From Amphiscolops sp. MND2022 (lineage: Eukaryota): DNA of 64,000 nucleotides. The stretch is taken from positions 34,596,001-34,660,000 of the forward strand of contig OZ076416.1 in assembly GCA_964187785.1 (NCBI GenBank), in the 5' to 3' direction. This document shows positions 24,199 through 35,340 of the stretch, piece by piece. The first letter of the stretch is position 1, and each line of letters opens with the position of its first letter. The notes below the pieces were generated by a model, which searched no databases, was not told where the DNA came from, and saw nothing but the letters and a program-made list of their open reading frames with translations. The position numbers were made by a program, and so were the translations under genes.

Positions 24199-26093
24199 TA
24201 GGTATGAATGGCATTTTAGTGTGGTTGTGGTAGTTGTTATCATGATATTTTGGTCACTCAAGCACACTAAGATGTCATTCTAAAATGGATTTGCCCAAAT
24301 ACTTTTTTTGAGAAGTTGTAACGTTCCAGCACACTGCTTTAGAGAACGTAAAAGAAATAATAATAAAAGTAATAATGAACATCTCAAAACTTTTTTTTAA
24401 AGTAGGAAACCATTTTTTCCATGACATTTTAGACCATTTAGTAGTGGAGATGACATTTTGGGTTATCCCGCAAACTTAAAATGGCCACCATAACAAAATG
24501 TTTGGTAGTGACAAAATTTGTCGAGTATATTGTCGAGAACGTGGCTTCTGGAGGGTCCCACCAAAGAAAACAATTTAATTGGTAATGAAACGTATGGGTA
24601 AGTACGCCCTCTATATTTTAGTTCTGAAAAGATTTTTGGAAAACAGCTGTTCATTGATTGGTACATAATGACATTTTAAAACTTACTACTCAGTAGTAGG
24701 GTTGTTTTAAAAAATCACTATCACCAATGAGGACGATTCAAAATGGCTTGCTACCACAGAAAAATTTTCAAAATGTCATCGATAAGTAGTAGTGGTATTA
24801 GTATAGGTATCATTAGCATTTTAGCGCCCTTGTGATAGTTGTTATCATGACATTTTGGTCGCTCAAGGACACTAAGTTGTCATTCTAAAATGGATTTGCC
24901 CAAATACTTTTTTTGAGAAGTTGTAACGTTCCAGCACACTGCTTTAGAGAACGTATTTGAAATATATGAAAGCAATAATGAACATCTATAAACTTTTTTT
25001 AAAGTAGGAAACCATTTTTTAATGACATTTTAGATCATTTAGAAGTGGATATGACATTTTGGGTTATCCCGCAAACGTAAAATGGCCCCCATAACAAAAT
25101 GTTTGGTAGTAACAAAATTTGTCGGGTATATGTGTTGGCTATGATAAAATTTCACGACTTCAAATCACAATATCCCAGTATAATGTACTTTTAAAGAGGA
25201 TCTCAGTTAGGGGATCAAAACGTTTCGCCCATAACAAGACCCACGCCGAGAACGTGGCTTCTGGGGGGTCCCACCAAAGCAAACAATTTAATTGGTATTG
25301 AAACGTATGGGTAAGTACGCCCTCTATATTTTAGTTCTGAAAAGATTTTTGAAAAACAGCTGTGCATTGATTGGTACATAATGACATTTTAAAACTTACT
25401 ACCCAGTAGTAGGGTTGTTTTAAAAAATCACTACCACCAATGAGGACGATTCAAAATGGCTTGCTACCACAGAAAAATTTTCAAAATGTCATCGATAAGT
25501 AGTAGTGTTATTAGTATATGTATCATTGGCATTTTATTGTCCTTGTGGTAGTTGTTATCATGACATTTTGGTCGCTCAAGGACACTAAGATGTCGTTCTA
25601 AAATGGATTTGCCCAAATAGTTTTTTGAGAAGTTGTAACGTTCCAGCACACTGCTTTAGAGAACCTATTTGAAATATTCGAAAGTAATAATGAACATCTA
25701 AAAACATTTTTTAAAGTAGGAAACCATTTTATTATGACATTTTAGACCATTCAGTAGTGGAGATGACATTTTGGGTTATCCCGCAAACTTAAAATGACCA
25801 CCATAACAAATTGTTTGGTAGTAACAAAATTTGTCGGGTATATTGGCTTGCCATGATAAATATTCACGACTTTAAATCACAATATCCCAGTATAAGGTAC
25901 TTTTACAGGGAATCTCAGTTAGGGGATCACAATGTTTCGCCCATAACAAGACCCACGACGAGAACGTGGCTTCTGGAGGGTCCCACTAAAGCAAACAATT
26001 TAATTGGTAATGAAACGTATGGGTAAGTACGCCCTCTATATTTTAGTTCTGAAAAGATTTTTGGAAAACAGCTGTGCATTGATTGGTACATAA
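24051..26093. repeat. Three tandem units of ~620-710 bp, non-coding
   Basis: The (T)CATTTTAAAACTTACTAC anchor recurs near 24051, 24669 and 25381; each unit ends GCTGT(T/G)CATTGATTGGTACATAAT. Confidence 0.95.
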
Positions 26094-27289
26094 TAGTCTG
26101 AGTGACCAGTGACGGCTTTAGAAGTTTCTCAACGGGTTTTTGAATTTCTCAACAGGAGTGGGAGTGGAATGGCTAAGAAACATGACCAAATTCAGGGTAT
26201 ACCAGTTATATTAATTTAAACTATTAAATACTACAGCATTGTACCCATTTTAACCTACCTCTTAAAAAGAAAATGAACGGAAAGAATAACTTGAAAACAA
26301 ATCAATCCCTCCCCACTTCAACTGAGGAAATCACCTTCACCCCCGACCAGAATGGGTCAGGTCACTTCCCCAAAAAATGAGACACACAAATTGAAGCAAT
26401 TGCATTACTCGAAATCTTGCCGTATTAGAAGTTTTTTAAAGTTTTTACCAGTTTGAGATGGACCAGCACAATTCTTCAAACTCAAGGTAAAACTAATAGT
26501 ATAAAGTATATAAGTTAAAAATACAGAATAATTATACGAATTTGCAGCTAACAGTTTAAATGTTCTTTTTAGGTAATTTACAGTAGGGTCATCTAAGTAA
26601 TTTGGTACTGACTAAATTATCTAAATACTGTTTTACGCAATGTCTACAAACTAAATGTAATCAATGAACTGTATGGAAAGACTGTAAAACATCTAATCTA
26701 AAGTCTTCAAGACAATTGAAGCATTTTTGGCATCTTGTGTGAGCACTTTGTTTGACCCGCATCTCTCTCTTTTTGACACCTAAACACTTGATAAAAATGA
26801 AAATTTTGTACGGAAATTAGGAAAAAGAAAACTTTCAAATTATACGTAGCACTATACGACCATATTTCTTATTTTTTTGTCTAGAGTCTAAACTTCAATA
26901 TTAATTTTCAAAAAAAGTGAATACACTTTTGTACATTTATGTCATCAATTATTCATAAGTACATTCTAAGAATTTCTTCAGTAATTATCGTTCCAAAATT
27001 CTAATCAATCACATTAAAAAAACTTCATTCATACTAACTGGTCTTCAAAATGTATATGATTAAAAACAAATTGCGTTTGACGCAAATGTTCTTCCTAAAT
27101 TGAAGGTTATCAGTGACAACACCAGTGAAAAGTTTGGTACTCATAATAGTTAGCAAAAATTCACCAAGCTCCTCTTAATTCTTCCATTCAACTCTCAAAT
27201 ACAGCAGCTACTCACTCCAGTCAAAAAATTTCATAAACTTACAAGTTTCCATACTTTCATTAGTTCTGCTTTCCATAAGTTCCACTAGC

Positions 27290-28405
27290 AAGCCAAGGGA
27301 ACTCCGAGGTCGTGCTTTGAAGTCCCCTCCGAAAAAGTACCTAGCCAATTGCCGAAAAAGTCGAAAACCGAACAACGAGCAACGCAACCATGTGAAGAAG
27401 TCAAAAAACGAATAACACGAGCCACTCAACCATGTGAAAAAGTCAGAAAACGAACAACACGAGCCACACAACCTTACGAAGAGGTCCCAAAACGAACAAC
27501 ACGAGCCACACAACCTTGCGAAGAAGTCGAAAAACGAACAACACGAGCCACGCAACCATGTGAATTTGAATCTGATCATTTTTTTAAAAAAAAGATTGCA
27601 AAAGTCTCCCCTTAAACCAACATCTCGGGCAAAACAGCTCTCGCAAAAAACTGCCCAAATGGTTAAAAAAACATCCACTGAATACACTGAAAGTTGCGCA
27701 CCCTGTAGCTGCTCATCTCTGAAGGATACCATTGAGCCACTTTGCTCAACTGTTGGGCGATGAACTACGCGCATTTCCCAAACTGCCCCCATCAGTAGCA
27801 AAAAGTCAACATGTCTATATTAACTTTGCAGAAGTTGAAGACTGCATGGACGTCATGGACTGTATATCAGATCTGGAAATAATTTGTCCAACCGAACCAA
27901 TAGCTGCAAAAAGTGTAATTGAAGCAATGCTGCCAAAGCCGAAAGCAGTCGTTTCTTCACTCCAGGTTTTGGACCCCTGTTATGAACCTTGGCAGATTCT
28001 GGGTTTCATAGATGCCGAAGGAACCTCATTTATTTTGGACAATTGTTTTGTGACCTCTCACAAACGTTGCTTCCATGAAAACATTGAAACCCTTTTGTCT
28101 CTTGAAAAGTATCGCGAGATGCATGATAAAATTTAGAAATCCTATGTGCAAAGCTTGGAATGGGTATGTTATATTCCAACTCCTATGTATGGCGTGAACC
28201 CCCAATACACAGAACTTGCAGTTGTATCTTCGAAGAAGATGAAATCCAAAACAACCATCGAGGGGTTGACAGGGTTCACTGCCCTTGTCAAAGAAGAAGA
28301 CCTGAGTGAGCAAAAGCAGTTCGTTGTATTTCAAGGAGCTCAAATGTCAAAAATTATGCTCGGCCCGGCTAGCTTCGTCAATCACGATTACAAACCAAAC
28401 AGCAG
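27290..28405 (+). pseudogene. SET-ZnF-tyrosine recombinase copy B, exon 1 (basic repeats plus Suv4-20-like SET N-terminal half)
   Basis: ILDNCFVTSHK...VCYIPTPMYG...TIEGLTGFTALVKE...IMLGPASFVNHDYKPNSR|GTAAT, collinear with remembered KMT5B (LDPYLGFQTHK...LWLGPAAFINHDCRPNC). Internal stops present; start position approximate. Confidence 0.85.
27368..27563 (+). repeat. 39-bp coding minisatellite, 5 copies (KRTTRATQPCEEV)
   Basis: ACGAACAACACGAGCCAC(A/G/T)CAACC...GAAG repeated in frame. Confidence 0.95.
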
Positions 28406-28509
28406 GTAATTATTAACTTTTTAAAACATGATTTTGGGTCATTAGGGAAATTCAAAACTAACTATTTAAGTAAGGTAGTTCGCACAAAATTTAAAAATGC
28501 AGGAAAATT

Positions 28510-28582
28510 CGTCAATTCCGTGAACCGAACTCTAGACCCTTGCGTTATCAGCACGTTGGTCTAATCGACTGAGCGATCGGCC
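28510..28582 (-). pseudogene. Degenerate tRNA-Ile-derived sequence in intron 1 of copy B
   Basis: Reverse complement GGCCGATCGCTCAGTCGATTAGACCAACGTGCTGATAACGCAAGGGTCTAGAGTTCGGTTC aligns with eukaryotic tRNA-Ile (GGCCGGTTAGCTCAGTTGGTTAGAGC...GTGCTAATAACGCCAAGGTC...GTTCGATCC); acceptor and T stems are broken. Confidence 0.7.
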
Positions 28583-28705
28583 TTGATAAATCGTTGTTCT
28601 AATTCAATCATATTCGCTCCGCAACACTAAATTTATTTTGAAAAAAATGGTTTTTAACAGTTATCTCAATAATTTTTAAATATTATATACCTTTTTATGT
28701 TCTAG

Positions 28706-29737
28706 ATTCAATGCTGCCGGGGAAAATAAAAACACAATTGTGAGAATCGAGATTTTGCGGGAGATTGAGGAAGGGGAAGAATTTTTAGTCTCTTACTATC
28801 CGAATTTTTTTGATGAAAATAATAAAAACTGTCGCTGTTTCTCATGCCAAATAACGAAGCCCTTACCCCCAGTCCACTAGCAGCTGTTGAAGTGAAGTCC
28901 AGTGCCTCGTTTGTGATAGCATTGTAAAAAGATTCGAGAGACATATATTGCAGCACTCCGACGTTCTCAATCCAAAACAAAGACAAATCATCTTGGACTT
29001 CTATAGGACCAAAAACGCTAGAAACGGAAAGTTGTGTATGATTGCACCAAATGCTTCCGGAGATTTGGGTCTCTAAACAATCATAAAACAACAAAATCTC
29101 ACTATGGCCCTGAAGATATTATTAAAGTTGAACATCCAGAAAGTAGAGCTTCACTTCCCCTCGAAGTAAAAGCAGCACTGAAATCGAAAGTTTTGACCAA
29201 TCGTAGGGACCTTGAAGTAGCCCAGAGATTTGACCAATATGAATCAAACTTGGCAAAGTGCAGTCGAGAGCACAGAACGTGGAGTCAGGACTGAGGTGGG
29301 ATCGTTAAATTGATGAGACAGATGTTCAAAATGACTAGTGGACTAAGAAAACCCGAAGTTTTGGTCAGGGGCTGCTTAGAATTAAAAGAGACGAAAGGGC
29401 TGAAACCTCAAACGATGCCTAATTTATCCACGTTCCTACTGTTTGTGAAATACTGCTACCTTGCAGGGGAGACTAATACCAAAACCCCAGGGTTGGATCA
29501 AAAAAGAATGATGACGGCAATTCGAGATGCCCGAAAAGCCTTTTCTCCCGCTGCAGCAGAAGAATATAGGGTCACTTCTGATGCAATGAGGAAGCTAGTA
29601 CCCCCCAGTGATGTTGTTTGGCAAAAATATCAGAAAATTTTGAAACACTTGTCGGTTAACTTGACAGAAAACAATTTATTCTACAGAACCCCAAAAATTT
29701 TGAACTTCTTCCTTTTACAGGGACGAATAAATACAAG
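28706..29737 (+). pseudogene. Copy B exon 2 (SET C-half, post-SET, Zn fingers, core-binding-like region up to the first catalytic Arg)
   Basis: ILREIEEGEEFLVSYYPNFFDENNKNCRCFSC; CLVCDSIVKRFERHILQH (from 28903); YDCTKCFRRFGSLNNH; AIRDARKAFSPAA; LNFFLLQGRINTR|GT. Confidence 0.88.
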
Positions 29738-30790
29738 GTTGATTGATTTATAGTATGTTTTTGCTTCGAAAACATTTTATGAAAATCAACAAATGTAACA
29801 ATTGTTACATCTGGTAATTTTTATAAAAATATCTTCCATTAAATTTATGAAATTAACAACACAAAGCTTACCACTAACCAGGAATTGAAGCAATTGATTG
29901 TAGTCCTTATTTAAACTGCGGTAAGCTGCTCCGATGCAGGTTTCGGAATGATAATCATCTGTTGTAGTATCAGTTATAAAACTAACAACAATCAAGTATT
30001 TTAATAATTTAATAACTTCCATGATCAATCGACGTGTTGAGGAGTTGTTTGAACAAATGAACAAATCAAAACAAATGGAACATAATAGTTTCGAATAGAA
30101 TTGCAGAAAAAAAGTTTGTATATTGTGGGGGAATAAAATTGTAAAAAAGTAAAAGAATATGATCGAATTAGAACAACAATTTATTTTACAAAATGTGAAA
30201 AAGAAACAAAAAAAGTTGGAATGTTGAAGGAATTGTTTGAACAAATGAACAATTCAAAACAAACATAGTAGGTTCAAATAGAACTGCAGAAAAAGTCTAG
30301 ATCTTCGAAGGAACATAAACGTTTCCCCAAAACAACAGTGAATTTTGAAAACTCCATTTGTTTTGAATCATTGTACTATGAATAGATTTGCAACTTATAT
30401 AATGGCGTGAATGCTAATCATGTGTGTAAAAACTGTCTTGTCATTATCAAATTTAATTCAATCATTTCATAAAAACAACTTTTCAAACAACAACAATTTA
30501 GTACAAGCCACCAATGTACTACTACAAAATAGTACTGGCTTACGGGTTTGGTAAATAACCACACGTTTGAATTCACACGTGTACCTTCAGACAGGATTCT
30601 GGTTGCTGCGCGTACAAGCCAACCATGTTATTATTACATGGTCTTTATAATGAAAGCAACTACATGTACATGTATTACCCATCTTTAGCAAAACACAAAG
30701 TTTATTAGCAATGTGTCCTAATTAACTGAATACAGCATGAGTTGGTTTTATAAATTACAACAATCAAATTCAATTTGTTGTTTGTTTCGG

Positions 30791-31740
30791 AGCAGCGCAC
30801 ATTCTTCAGTTTACTTGGGAAGAATTCGAAACAATTGCCACGATAAACAGGGAGCTCACAACCAATGCAATAAAACTGGTAAAATATACACTCTTCATAT
30901 ATACATCCAAGAAGATCAAAGAGAGTTTCTGAGGGCGATGAAAGCAAAATACCTAGAAAAATTCAAAGTTGAACCCTTATATGTCTTGGCTTCCACTGTC
31001 AACAAAATCGAAAGAAGTATTTGTCGTGGGCTACAGGATGTTTTCAAAAATCTATTCGGAGACGACCATTTCGGTTCAATTCTAACTCCATCAGGAAATT
31101 CCGGGAAAGATTATGGAGTGTCATCAAGTGTTTTGTTAGCGATGGCGTGAACAAAGCACAACTTGCGCAAACGGCACATTGCGAAAAAACAGCACATGAA
31201 AAGTATTTGGCAAGAAATGGTACCGGAGAAGAGAGGCAAAGCAGGTGATTGATTTTTACGCTCAGCGTTTAAGGCACCGAGAAGATGACGAGAACCAAAT
31301 TCTCGCATCGTTCGCCACAGAAGAACTAGCAGACAAAGAAGTTGAGTCAAACATAGACGAGGAGGACCAAAATGAAGCCTCGTAAATGATAACGCCTCTT
31401 ACGCCTCTACCAGTGACCAGATTTGATATGGTCCGCGATTCACTCCAAGCCACAAACCAACCAGCCATCAATGAGTTGTCCCCCCAGTAGCTTTCATCTC
31501 CCCAGCAGGAGTGATACCGCAGGAGTGATACAGCAATGTCTCAATATTTAGCCTTCTTGAAGAATTTTAGAGTTAGGGCAGCTAAACCACAATGGACAGA
31601 GGAACAAAAGAATGCATGCCTGTTGTTCCAGCAGTACCGCGGAACTGTCCGCGAGGGCGAAGTCCGTAAACGAATCGATAAGGAAAGCTACGGTTTGACA
31701 ACTCAGCAAATTGGAAGAACGAGAAAATTAGGTTTGCAAC
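30791..31740 (+). pseudogene. Copy B exon 3 (recombinase catalytic domain, acidic linker, Myb/SANT-like tail)
   Basis: AAHILQFTWEEF...NKTGKIYTL...NSNSIRKF...AQTAHCEKTAHEKYL, acidic EDDENQ...DEEDQNE, then KPQWTEEQKNACLLF; frameshifts present; end approximate. Confidence 0.8.
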
Positions 31741-33898
31741 TGGCGTCTTTCGCAAACCCAAAGCTTCCTTATTTCCACATGTTGTTTTTTGTATGCTCTT
31801 TACATATTAGTTATATTTAATTTCAAATATCATATTTTTATTGACGTTTTCAAGTAATGTGCATTGTATTTTTATGTGTTCATTTACTCTGCATGGTATT
31901 CATATACTTTTTTAGGTATTCACATATTATGCACTTTTATTACATGAATCAAATATCATGCATGTTGTTTAGGTTTTATTTTTATGACACTTATGATTAT
32001 TGTATTTGATATTGCTATTATACATTTATTGATGTATTCATATATGATGCATGTTATTCAAGTTTTATATTTATTGTAATTATATTTATTATATTTAATA
32101 TTGTTATTATATATTTATTGATATATTCAAAAAACATGCTTGTTACTTAAGTTTTATAAATGTATTATTTTTACTCTTATCTATACATTATATGTAAAAT
32201 GAATTTACTCATTACACAAACTTTTTTCTAATAAAATGCCTGGTTCTGAACGAATTTTTGATACGAGTCGAAAACTTTTGTTATGACATGCCTGGCTCTA
32301 AAAGAATTTTTGACGCGAGTCTAAGGACTTACATCTGAAGGTCCATTGGAAATAACGTCTAAAGGAATAACATCTAATAAGAAAAATGAGGAATTACGTC
32401 TAGTAGTTCAGCAATAACTTCTAAAAATTGGAATAACCTCTGCAAAAAGTTTTAAAGTCTAAAGTTGTCAAATATTTACTAAATATATGTATTGGTTCAT
32501 TAGAGAATATACTGATGAATGTTTCTCCAAAAAATAGACTTGGTTGAACAATGATTTTCAAAAATGCTTATAACAGAACTTCAGAATTGCAGCAGTGTTT
32601 AGTGCATAGCAGCTCTCGCGGCTTCAGGTACATGTTTTGCTGGCTAGCTTCACGTCAGTTTACTGACGTCTCTTGACTAACCCGATGTTTCCAACTTAGG
32701 AGTATCCCAAATAGGAGTTTCCACAGTCTTAGGAGTTTACCTGACTCATACCTGACCGGAACTGAACGAATATTTCATATACGAATTCAAATCATCATAA
32801 ACTTTTATTGTGAGATAAAATTTTAGGAGTATGTCCTCATGCTCAAAGGGCTTCGAATTTTTGAAAAAAATGGAAAGTTCTTTATTAGAAAGTAAAAAAA
32901 GCCTGTACCTGGAGGACTTCGATAAGATAAAATGACGATGTTAGGATAAGATCAAAAAATTGACGATAAGATAAATTGACAATGTCGAATAAAAGATGAT
33001 AACATAAAATGAAAATTGACGATGTCTGGATAAAAAATGACGATGTTGTTTCTAAAGCAGCAGTTATCGTTTCTATTAATTTTCCCCCACTGTCGTCAAG
33101 TTACGTCCCCCATATAAAAATTCAGAAAACCCATTCACACAAAATAAATTAAAATAAAATAAAAAAGAGGTCACCCATCGAAGTTTTTACCAATTGTATT
33201 ATGGAAATCATTTTTCGAGCGTCTAGAGTAGATGGGTTTAATTGAAACGATTCACTCTTTGTTCTTGTTGTCAGAATGCTTTTGTTCATTTGTTTTGAAT
33301 ACATATGGCAATACAGAGTTCAAAACAATTGACAAAAAAATCAAAACGATGTGAACGAAGAAATTGGAATTGTGAAAATCCATTTATGAACCATGCCGGG
33401 ACTGAACGAAATTTTCACCGAAGAACAACTGTGCCGTCATAGTTAATTTGACGTCACTGCTGTGACGTCATAATTGATATGCTGCTGTGACTTCAACATG
33501 GACCCGTGTTTCTCTTTGAACTCAAACATTGAACCGTATTATCTATTTTACGTAATACTTACTTAATATAGTATTTTATACTGTTTTTGTTTAAAATATT
33601 GTTTATTATTCAAAATAAAATGAAATTATATAAAAATGACATGTATTTAAAAGATATAAATATTATAATTTGAACAAAATACGAGGACGGGAGGAATTTC
33701 TTCTTTGCCCCACACTTAATTTCTTTTACAATCTATTACTTGAACTTCCTTTAAACTTTGATTCTGACAGCTACTACTTCTGAAGTTCTATTCATTTTAT
33801 TACAACTCACATCTAACAATCAGACTGTTTAAATCACCGTACAGAGTCCTAATACGACTTTCTCCAATTAGTATTATTCCAACCAATCTTGAAAAAAG

Positions 33899-35043
33899 AT
33901 GCCAGTTGCGCTAAGGCGCCGACAAGGCACTGAAAAGGAACGAGTGGAACCGCCTTCGAAGAGTCGTAAAATTGACCCCCCTGAACCAATTGAAGGAAAA
34001 AATACAAGACGTAGTAGACAGCAATCAAATCTGGCTGAGAAGTGTACGACTGCCGCAAACCCCTGGAAAAAAAGAATCTCCATCAGTCAAAAACTACTAG
34101 ACAGCAAACCAACAATGCGCAAAAATGTCAGAAAGGGAAAAGTCCTCCGGAAGAAAGTGTACAGCCCTCTCAATCGAGAATTACTCGACAACCAGTAAAA
34201 ATGGCAGAGAAACCACCGCACTCGAGAACTACTCGACAGCAAAAAACTGCAGCTGTGGAAAAAGGACTCACATGCCAAAAAACAACAGACGTCATCCACG
34301 AGGACTGCGACATCATGATAGAAAAAAGTAGAACGGGAAATGAAAATGAGGAAGTGACTTTGAATTTCTATCCAACTAGTTCTTCAACATTTATGGAAGA
34401 ACACATAGAAAAAAACGAGATCCCGCAGACGGAAACCAGACGGAAACAATCGAAATACAACAGCACGAAATCAGAGAAACACCTTTTTTCGAGTACTTTT
34501 TCGATTTGGACGTAATCAGCGAAAAAGTAGCAGTTACGCCCTAAATGGATAGTGTCCAGAACGATTTCAAAAGGGCTCAAATTCGAACAGTAGATGTATT
34601 CGAACGTTCTTATAAATCTTGGGAAATTTTGGGTTTTGTTGACGCCCAACTGAAGGAAGATTTTATTGACAATACTATTGTCACATCACATAAGCTCTGC
34701 GTTCATGAGAAGTACCCAGAATTCATCAAAGAGCCAAAATATGACAAATTGCATCTGATGATGTATCAGTCATATGTGGAGGCAATGGAGTCGGTGGCTT
34801 TTGTCCCAACCCCCAGCTACGGGGACGGCCAAGAGTTACACAACCTGCGGTAGTAGCCGTTCAAACAGTTCCACGAAAAGGGCTGATTGGCGGATTGAAG
34901 GGATTTACCGCAGTAACTGATTCGCAAGACCTGAAACCTGGCGTGGGATTTTCATTGTTTGGCCGAAGTCTAATCCAAAAGGAAGAACGAATCATGTTAG
35001 GTGCGGCCAGTTTTCTCAACCACTGTTGCGACCCAAACGCCAG
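33899..35043 (+). pseudogene. SET-ZnF-tyrosine recombinase copy C, exon 1
   Basis: TTRQQ-type basic repeats; WEILGFVDA...FIDNTIVTSHK...VAFVPTPSYG...LKGFTAV...IMLGAASFLNHCCDPNA|GTAAG; start approximate. Confidence 0.85.
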
Positions 35044-35123
35044 GTAAGATTGTTTTAAATAATTTATTAGTAATGATAATACGACAAAAATATTAGGAAG
35101 CCAATTTAAAGTAAATATCCAAG

Positions 35124-35197
35124 GGCTGCAAAGCGGATTCGATCTTCAGGCCCTGTGCTTGGGAACTTGACGCACTACCCATTCAACCATTCCACCT
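35124..35197 (-). pseudogene. tRNA-like sequence (A/B-box-like motifs, TTCCCAA loop) in intron 1 of copy C
   Basis: Reverse complement ...GGAATGGTTGAATGGGTAGTGCGTCAAGTTCCCAAGCACAGGGCCTGAAGATCGAATCC...; stems do not pair well. Confidence 0.45.
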
Positions 35198-35340
35198 ACA
35201 TTTGTTTCTTTTCGTAATTAAATCCATTGTGGTTAAGAATTTGAATTAACTTGTAGCATCCTCATGCTCAAATTTCGAATATAATAGTATCATTATAAAA
35301 AAAGACATGTAGTAAATCTATATATAATTTGATGTTTTAG

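Noticed and set aside
27368-27563. Regular 39-bp repeats as a CRISPR array
   Set aside because: Repeats are contiguous with no unique spacers, keep a reading frame, and the DNA is eukaryotic with no cas genes.
29786-30244. 152-aa minus-strand ORF
   Set aside because: Lies inside AT-rich intron 2 of copy B and has a Phe/Ile/Asn-biased composition typical of chance ORFs.
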